Origin: Mobula hypostoma
Lineage: Eukaryota
NCBI RefSeq assembly: GCF_963921235.1
Contig: NC_086097.1
Span: 93,684,001-93,744,000, forward strand
DNA: 60,000 nucleotides
Direction: 5' to 3'
Shown: positions 52,631 through 60,000 of the stretch, piece by piece
How positions within the stretch are numbered: position 1 is the stretch's first letter
How the letters are laid out: the number at the start of each line of letters is the position of its first letter
The notes under the pieces: model-generated
The model's database searches: none
What the model saw: only the letters and a program-made list of their open reading frames with translations
Told to the model about the DNA's origin: nothing
Position numbers and translations under genes: made by a program

Positions 52631-53104
52631 TTTTGCATAAAGAGTTATTTAAAAATATAACAAGGATAGTGATTGCCCAGGAGAGATAGCATGTGGTCAT
52701 TAGTACTAAAAGCCTAGCGTCTCCCAGACCGGGCAAGGAGAGTAAATGTTTGACATGTACAGACTTAAACAGTCCAGAAGTCTTATTCACTATGAATGCC
52801 TGCAAGACAGTGAATCTCGGGGTGTATAGGGTGACATTTCTGTACTTTGATAATAAATTTACTTCAAACTTTTGAAGTTTGAACTTTGACATTGGGAAAT
52901 GTACCCCAACAGCTCTAGTGTCCTGACCACAAGGGGCTGAAGAGGAGGCTGACAGAGGAAGATGTGAAATAAGAATGGTAGAGATGGAAAATAAAATTTA
53001 GCTTAAACTTTGACGGACAAGGCTGGGCTACCTCAAAAAGCTTTTTTATTCTGTGGAATGAAATGGAAAGAAAATGATGTGACTTCAGTCTTTATTTTCT
53101 CCAG

Positions 53105-53162
53105 GAAAACCATCACAGCGTTGGCCTTCTCTCCAGATGGGAAGTACCTGGTCACAGGGGAG
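53105..53162 (+). CDS. MAPKBP1: Next coding exon (58 nt) of the MAPKBP1-like gene: (R)KTITALAFSPDGKYLVTGE
   Basis: tttattttctccag acceptor and GAG|GTGAGT donor; WD40 motif ALAFSPDGKYLVTG; AG|G across the junction with 40114 restores Arg. Confidence 0.9.
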
Positions 53163-53319
53163 GTGAGTCCTTGCGTCAAGAAGGTTTGTTTGCCCTTGTC
53201 TGATGTAATAATGACATTGCTGGGTGTCACTTTTGCAAAGAGGAAACTGTGCAGTTGCTATATTTAAGAGATGAATTGGAATGACGCGGTACAGAGAGTG
53301 AGATTGTGGCTACAGTCCT

Positions 53320-54420
53320 AGAAGGTTTCCCTTCTTCCATCATTGATGCTGCCCTCACCCTATTCTTCATTTCACGGACATCCACGCTCACCCCATCTTC
53401 CTGCCTCTTTAACAGGGATGGAGTTCATCTTGTCCTCACCTACCACCTTATGAACCTTCACATTCAGCACGTTCTCCACAACTTCTGCCATCTTCAATGG
53501 GATCTTACCACCAATCACATCATTACCTCCCACCCCCCATTCGCTGCTTTCCACAGGCATTACTCCCACTGTGATTCCCTTGTCCATTCACCCTTCCCCA
53601 CTAATTTTGATCCTGGCACCTATCCCTGCAAGTGACAGAAATGCTACACCTGCACATTCACCTGCTCCCTCACCTCCGTTCAGGGCCCCAAACAGTCCTT
53701 CCAGGTGAGGCAACACTTCACCTGCGAATCTGTTCGGGTCGTCTGATGCTCCCGTTGCAGCCTCCTCTACATTGGTGAGACCGAATATAAATTGGGGGAC
53801 CATGTTGTTGAGCACCCCCACTCCATCCACAAAAGAATTTTCCGGTGGACAACATTTTAATTCCTGTCCTCCTTCCTGTTCCAACATGTCAGTCCATGGC
53901 CTCCTTTTCTGCCACAATCAGACCACCTTCAGGGTGGAGGAGCAACACCTCATATTTCATCTGGGTAGCCTCCCACCTGATGGCAAGAACATCGATTTCT
54001 GCTTCCAGTGATTTTTTTTCTCTTTTATTTCTTCTTATTTTATTTCTTCTCCTCTCCCCCTTCCCTCTTCTTCCATTCCCCACTCTGGCCTCTTATCTCT
54101 TCTCCTCACCTGCCTATCACCTTTCCCAGTGCACCTTTTCCTTCTTCCTTTCTCACATAGTCACTCTTCTCTCCTGTCATATTCCTTCCTTTCCAGCCCT
54201 TCACCTTTCCCACCCACCTGGTTTCACCTACCAGCTTGTTTTCCTTCCTCTCCCCCCACCTTTGTTTTCTGGCATCTTCCCCCTTCCTTTCCAGTGCTGG
54301 TGAAGAGTCTCGGCTGTAACTATCGACTGTTTATTCATTGCCTTAGGTGCTGGCTAACTTGCTGAGTTCCTTTAACATTCTGTGTGTGTTCCAGCATATG
54401 CAGAATCTCTTGTGTTTATA
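53320..54420 (+). mobile_element. Older degenerate Penelope-like 3' half
   Basis: GFPSSII...LVLTYH...PGTYPCK, GIY-YIG remnant, EEQHLIFHLGSL, terminal repeat. Confidence 0.85.
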
Positions 54421-54499
54421 ATCCTGATGGTTTCTTGGCTGCTGTTATTCAGCCGAGGTGAGACAAGCACTCTCTGAGGTGGATGGAAAAGTGACATTG

Positions 54500-57400
54500 A
54501 TGATATCAGAGATGAGTGCAGGGAGACAGAGGGGTGTAAAGTGAGGGTAGAGGCAAAAAGTACTAAGGAGAAAAGTAAAAGTGGCAGGCCAACAAATCTA
54601 GGGCAAGCATTAAAAAGGGCCACTTTTCAACATAATTGTATAAGGGCTAAGAGAGTTGTAAAAGAGCGCCTGAAGGCTTTGTGTGTCAATGCAAGGAGCA
54701 TTTGTAATAAGGTGGATGAATTGAAAGTGCAGATTGTTATTTATGATTATGATATAGTTGGGATCACAGAGACATGGCTCCAGGGTGACCAGGGATGGGA
54801 GCTCAACGTTCAAGGATATTCAATATTCAGGAGGGATAGACATGAAGGAAGGGGAGGTGGGGTGGCGTTGCTGGTTAAAGAAGAGATTAACGCAGTAGAA
54901 AGGAAGGACATAAGCCGGGAAGATGTGGAATCGATATGGGTAGAGCTGCGTAACACTAAGGGGCAGAAGACGCTGGTGGGAGTTGTGTACAGGCCACCTA
55001 ACAGTAGTAGTGAGGTCGGAGATGGTATTAAACAGGAAATTAGAAATGTGTGCAATAAAGGAACAGCAGTTATAATGGGTGACTTCAATCTACATGTAGA
55101 TTGGGTGAACCAAATTGGTAAAGGTGCTGAGGAAGAGGATTTCTTGGAATGTATGCGGGATGGTTTTTTGAACCAACATGTCGAGGAACCAACTAGAGAG
55201 CAGGCTATTCTGGACTGGGTTTTGAGCAATGAGGAAGGGTTAATTAGCGATCTTGTCGTGAGAGGCCCCTTGGGTAAGAGTGACCATAATATGGTGGAAT
55301 TCTTCATTAAGATGGAGAGTGACATAGTTAATTCAGAGACAAAGGTTCTGAACTTAAAGAGGGGTAACTTTGAAGGTATGAGACGTGAATTAGCTAAGAT
55401 AGACTGGCAAATGACACTTAAAGGATTGACGGTGGATATGCAATGGCAAGCATTTAAAGGTTGCATGGATGAACTACAACAATTGTTCATCCCAGTTTGG
55501 CAAAAGAATAAATCAAGGAAGGTAGTGCACCCGTGGCTGACAAGAGAAATTAGGGATAGTATCAATTCCAAAGAAGAAGCATACAAATTAGCCAGAAAAA
55601 GTGGCTCACCTGAGGACTGGGAGAAATTCAGAGTCCAACAGAGGAGGACAAAGGGCTTAATTAGGAAGGGGAAAAAAGATTATGAGAGAAAACTGGCAGG
55701 GAACGTAAAAACGGACTGTAAAAGCTTTTATAGATATGTAAAAAGGAAAAGACTGGTAAAGACAAATGTAGGTCTCCTGCAGACAGAAACAGGTGAATTG
55801 ATTATGGGGAGCAAGGACATGGCAGACCAATTGAATAATTACTTTGGTTCTGTCTTCACTAAGGAGGACATAAATAATCTTCCAGAAATAGTAGGGGACA
55901 GAGGGTCCAGTGAGATGGAGGAACTGAGCGAAATACATGTTAGTAGGGAAGTGGTGTTAGGTAAATTGAAGGGATTGAAGGCAGATAAATCCCCAGGGCC
56001 AGATGGTCTGCATCCTAGAGTCCTTAAGGAAGTAGCCCAAGAAATAGTGGATGCATTAGTGATAATTTTTCAAAACTCGTTAGATTCTGGACTAGTTCCT
56101 GAGGATTGGAGGGTGGCTAATGTAACTCCACTTTTTAAAAAAGGAGGGAGAGAGAAACCGGGGAATTATAGACCGGTTAGCCTAACGTCGGTGGTGGGGA
56201 AACTGCTGGAGTCAGTTATCAAGGATGTGATAACAGCACATTTGGAAAGCGGTGAAATGATCGGACAAAGTCAGCATGGATTTCTGAAAGGAAAATCATG
56301 TCTGACGAATCTCATAGAATTTTTTGAGGATGTAACTAGTAGAGTGGATAGGGGAGAACCAGTGGATGTGGTATATTTGGATTTTCAAAAGGCTTTTGAC
56401 AAGGTCCCACACAGGAGATTAGTGTGCAAACTTAAAGCACACGGTATTGGGGGTAAGGTATTGGTGTGGGTGGAGAATTGGTTAGCAGACAGGAGGCAAA
56501 GAGTGGGAATAAACGGGACCTTTTCAGAATGGCAGGCGGTGACTAGTGGGGTACCGCAAGGCTCAGTGCTGGGACCCCAGTTGTTTACAATATATATTAA
56601 TGACTTGGATGAGGGAATTAAATGCGGCATCTCCAAGTTTGCAGATGACACGAAGCTGGGTGGCAGTGTTAGCTGTGAGGAGGATGCTAAGAGGATGCAG
56701 GGTGACTTGGATAGGTTGGGTGAGTGGGCAAATTCATGGCAGATGCAATTTAATGTGGATAAATGTGAAGTTATCCACTTTGGTGGCAAAAATAGGAAAA
56801 CAGATTATTATCTGAATGGTGGCCGATTAGGAAAAGGGGAGGTGCAACGAGACCTGGGTGTCATTATACACCAGTCATTGAAAGTGGGCATGCAGGTACA
56901 GCAGGCGGTGAAAAAGACGAATGGTATGCTGGCATTTATAGCGAGAGGATTCGAGTACAGGAGCAGGGAGGTACTACTGCAGTTGTACAAGGCCTTGGTG
57001 AGACCCCACCTGGAGTATTGTGTGCAGTTTCGGTGCCCTAATCTGAGGAAAGACATCCTTGCCATAGAGGGAGTACAAAGAAGGTTCACCAGATTGATTC
57101 CTGGGATGGCAGGACTTTCATATGAAGAAAGACTGGATGAACTGGGCTTGTACTCGTTGGAATTTAGAAGATTGAGGGGGGACCTGATTGAAACGTATAA
57201 AATCCTAAAGGGATTGGACAGGCTAGATGCAGGAAGATTGTTCCCGATATTGGGGAAGTCCAGAACTAGGGGCCACAGTTTGAGGATAGAGGGGAAGCCT
57301 TTTAGGACCGAGATTAGGAAAAACTTCTTCACACAGAGAGTGGTGAATCTGTGGAATTCTCTGCCACAGGAAACAGTTGAGGCCAGTTCATTGGCTATAT

Positions 57401-57569
57401 TTAAGAGGGAGTTAGATATGGCCCTTGTGGCTACGGGGGTCAGGGGGTATGGAGGGAAGGCTGGGGCGGGGTTCTGAGTTGGATGATCAGCCATGATCAT
57501 AATAAATGGCGGTGCAGGCTCGAAGGGCCGAATGGCCTACTCCTGCACCTATTTTCTATGTTTCTATGT
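54500..57569 (+). mobile_element. Young 5'-truncated CR1 LINE
   Basis: Open ORF2, short 3' UTR (gaagggccgaatggcctactcc) and (TTCTATGT)2 tail; no ORF1 seen. Confidence 0.92.
54541..57477 (+). CDS. CR1 LINE ORF2 (APE endonuclease + reverse transcriptase), uninterrupted 978-aa frame
   Basis: NARSI, GITETW, GDFN and SDH APE motifs; PGPDG, YRPVSL, DFQKAFD, VPQGSVLGP and FADD RT motifs. Confidence 0.95.
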   Translation: MRVEAKSTKEKSKSGRPTNLGQALKRATFQHNCIRAKRVVKERLKALCVNARSICNKVDELKVQIVIYDYDIVGITETWLQGDQGWELNVQGYSIFRRDRHEGRGGGVALLVKEEINAVERKDISREDVESIWVELRNTKGQKTLVGVVYRPPNSSSEVGDGIKQEIRNVCNKGTAVIMGDFNLHVDWVNQIGKGAEEEDFLECMRDGFLNQHVEEPTREQAILDWVLSNEEGLISDLVVRGPLGKSDHNMVEFFIKMESDIVNSETKVLNLKRGNFEGMRRELAKIDWQMTLKGLTVDMQWQAFKGCMDELQQLFIPVWQKNKSRKVVHPWLTREIRDSINSKEEAYKLARKSGSPEDWEKFRVQQRRTKGLIRKGKKDYERKLAGNVKTDCKSFYRYVKRKRLVKTNVGLLQTETGELIMGSKDMADQLNNYFGSVFTKEDINNLPEIVGDRGSSEMEELSEIHVSREVVLGKLKGLKADKSPGPDGLHPRVLKEVAQEIVDALVIIFQNSLDSGLVPEDWRVANVTPLFKKGGREKPGNYRPVSLTSVVGKLLESVIKDVITAHLESGEMIGQSQHGFLKGKSCLTNLIEFFEDVTSRVDRGEPVDVVYLDFQKAFDKVPHRRLVCKLKAHGIGGKVLVWVENWLADRRQRVGINGTFSEWQAVTSGVPQGSVLGPQLFTIYINDLDEGIKCGISKFADDTKLGGSVSCEEDAKRMQGDLDRLGEWANSWQMQFNVDKCEVIHFGGKNRKTDYYLNGGRLGKGEVQRDLGVIIHQSLKVGMQVQQAVKKTNGMLAFIARGFEYRSREVLLQLYKALVRPHLEYCVQFRCPNLRKDILAIEGVQRRFTRLIPGMAGLSYEERLDELGLYSLEFRRLRGDLIETYKILKGLDRLDAGRLFPILGKSRTRGHSLRIEGKPFRTEIRKNFFTQRVVNLWNSLPQETVEASSLAIFKRELDMALVATGVRGYGGKAGAGF

Positions 57570-58189
57570 AACAAGAAGGGATGAAGTTCTACTTGGTGCA
57601 GCTGCCAAGATTTATTTGCGAAGAAATCACTAAAGCAGGGTGCTAAAAGCAAAAAAACACAAACTGTCAATAGAGGAATTCTGAAATAAAGATGGAAAAG
57701 TCTTGTGGGTGCTCATTTGGTCAGGCAGCGTTTGTGGAGAGCGCTAGTCATTGTCATAGTGTTCTGTTCCAACTCACTACCTCACAGTGGTGTGGCATTT
57801 CCAACAGGACAACGGAAAACTCCCAAGGAAGTATCTTGTGGGCTGCAAAGTGCTTTTTTAGGAAACTCTGAGGTCGTGTAAGTTACCATGGAGATACCAG
57901 CCGTACTTTCCTAGATTTTAATCATTTTTATTTCCTGAGTCTGGTCTATTTCCCTCTTCCCCCTCACACTACAATTTTATTACCTCTTTGGACAATTTTG
58001 TCCTTGATGTCTGATTTTGGAGGGTTTGAAGATTGTTGCTGTCAGTGTTGGAACCAAATCCTCATGGTGTGGAATGCATGGAGGGGAAGAGTGTTTGAGT
58101 TCTGGCCTTTGCAGTTTTTTTTTATCAACATTGTTAAGTTGTACCTACATAATAACATTCAATTTGAGCCAGGTTTCCATTTATGCCCA

Positions 58190-58955
58190 AGGTCCCTGAA
58201 AGTGGTTACATAGGTGGTTTGAGTAGTAAAGAAGGCAGATGGCATCCTTGCCTTAATTAGTGGAGGAAATGAGCTCAAAAGTCAGGCAGTTAAGTTGCAC
58301 CTTTACAAAACTCTAGATAGGCTGTATCTGGAGTATTGCGTTAGGTTCTGGTCGCCCCGCTATAGGAAGGATGTGGAGGCTTTAGAGAGGGTGCAGTAGA
58401 AGTTTATCAGATGCTTCCTGGTTTTGAGAGCATGTGCTCTAAGGAAAGGTTGGACAAACTTGGGGTGTTTTCTCTGGAGTGATGGATGGTGAAGAGAGAT
58501 CTGATAGGGGTATGTAATATGATGAAAGAGTTATCATTACAGTAGACAGCCAGTCTCTTTTTTCTCAGGGCTGAAATGTCCAAGACCAGAGGACAACTCA
58601 AGGGTTCCCAACCCAGGGTCCACGGATCCCTTGCTTAATGGCATAAAAAAAGTTGGGAACCCCTAAATAAAGCAAGAGGGGATAAGAACAAAAGAGATAT
58701 TCAGGGCAAGTTTTTTTTCCCCACAGAGAATTGTAGGTGCCTGAAATATGCTGTCTGGGCTGGTAAGGCAATTACAATAGAGGTGTTCAAGAGGCTCTTA
58801 AATAGACTTGTGAATGTGTGAGAGATGGAAGGATACGGGGGTTGTGTCAGCAGAGGTGATCGGTTTAGTTGAGCATTTGGTTACTAATGTAATTAGTTCA
58901 GTACAGCATTGTAGGCCAAAAAGCCTGTTCCTGTGCTGTACTGTTCTACGTTCCT
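58190..58955 (+). mobile_element. Decayed CR1 3' fragment with nested hAT-like MITE (about 58599-58665)
   Basis: LEYCVRFWSPRYRKD remnant; caagggttcccaac...gttgggaacccct inverted ends. Confidence 0.75.
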
Positions 58956-60000
58956 AATGTATGGAGCTAACTATCCAAACACACGGAGAGGTAGGAATAT
59001 CTAAGGAGGCTTGAAGACTGAGATTAATTCCAGGCTTCTAGCTAAAGTGTCACTCGCACAATGAACGTCACTCAGAAACTGCTATAGTCGTGTTTCTCTG
59101 AGCTGCCTTTCTTGAGAGCATGCCTCCCACTAAAGACACAAAATCTGAGAGCGGATATTTGTACGAGCAATCCACTGTGCATGTGTGTCAACAAATGTGC
59201 CTCTGTGCACAAGTGTGAGAGTGTGTGACCCAATTCACAGAGTGGTATAGCACAGCAAAGCTTAAGGAGGAGAAAAGGCCTGGAGGAGATGTCCAAAATG
59301 AAGGGGAGTATTGGAGACATGAGACAGTGGGGGGCTCCGGACTCCTTGCCAAAGAAATAGGTGTGGAGGTGGTGGAAGAAGAACTCAATATTGTTGTAAT
59401 GTGAGCATTATTAAAAGTAAGTTAATACTAATTAGGATAATGGGGGGGTTCTACTTCTGTTCTTTTTACTTTCGGTGTGCTTTGTATATAGTGTGCCTGC
59501 CATACCGTCCTGGCTGTGGAAGCCTCTGTATATACATAATGGTTTTGAAGTTCGAGATAAAGTTGTTTCTTGGGCATGAAGTTGTCGAGTGTGCCTTTTT
59601 CCAAGGTAGAAGTTACCATAAATATCATGGTGGGCCTGGACCTCATTGATGTGTGGGCACAAGTGAGGCTTTGCTCAGGTCTGACTGCACAGCAGAGGAG
59701 GAGATTAGGGGAGATGACAAAGATCTGGCGGGGTTTTGAGCTGGGGCAAAGGATTGGGATCAGAAGAGGGAGATGAAGGTAGTGGGAGGGGGATTTGGGG
59801 AGGTGAGATGAAGAGAGTAGGGGACATGAGAGGAGGGGGTTCTCGGGAAGGAGGAGAGGAAGTAGTAAGTAGAGTGGGGGCTTGGGATGGGATACAAGGT
59901 CAGAAGGTGAGCAGCTGTGCTGAGAGTGAGGAGGGGGAAGGAAGAAGATGATGCAGTGGAGTTTTGGGAGCTGAGGGTGTAGCCGAGAGAGCGAAGTGGT

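Larger units (their letters stand above)
48610..52775 (-). mobile_element. Decayed, internally deleted Gypsy LTR retrotransposon (gag, protease, RNase H, integrase, PPT, 3' LTR remnant)
   Basis: LPGLGD.. gag motif; RRFLCDRG protease-like; ADASDYAVGALLEQ and FVDHKPL RNase H; FDHVNADLVGPLP, TRWPE and YHLQSNG integrase; G-rich PPT next to TG near 48840. Confidence 0.85.

Noticed and set aside
53010..53267. 85-aa ORF as a stand-alone gene
   Set aside because: Only the 58-nt spliced portion is WD40-like; the remainder is intron read-through.
54810..57500. Long minus-strand ORFs (258, 134 and 230 aa)
   Set aside because: Antisense shadows of CR1 ORF2.
59620..60000. Purine-rich stretch at the window end
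   Set aside because: Possibly an antisense LINE fragment, but too degenerate to assign.

Overview
Eukaryotic (vertebrate) genomic DNA, most likely a cartilaginous fish such as a ray; the taxon is inferred from the repeat repertoire and is not proven. The window appears to be almost entirely intronic sequence of a + strand WD40 gene. Two small coding exons (40052-40114 and 53105-53162) with canonical splice sites encode (G)CVVVLFNPKKTKQHHILNGSR|KTITALAFSPDGKYLVTGE, which matches the N-terminal region of MAPKBP1 (paralogue WDR62). The flanking exons were not found in the window. The rest is a dense, nested transposon landscape. Retroelements: Penelope-like elements (RT + GIY-YIG), CR1 LINEs (one with an open 978-aa ORF2), Rex1/Babar, L1/Tx1, tRNA-derived SINEs, and a decayed Gypsy with a nested solo LTR. 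DNA transposon remnants: Tc1, pogo-like, hAT and Chapaev3-like. There are also two tandem arrays (35 bp and 33 bp units) that expanded inside CR1 remnants. The most notable signals are minimal type I hammerhead ribozyme motifs in the Penelope terminal repeats, and short, TSD-flanked hairpin (fold-back) insertions derived from the same terminal repeat whose turn-around lies next to the predicted ribozyme cleavage site. Most short ORFs in the track are spurious. Coordinates of decayed repeats are approximate.
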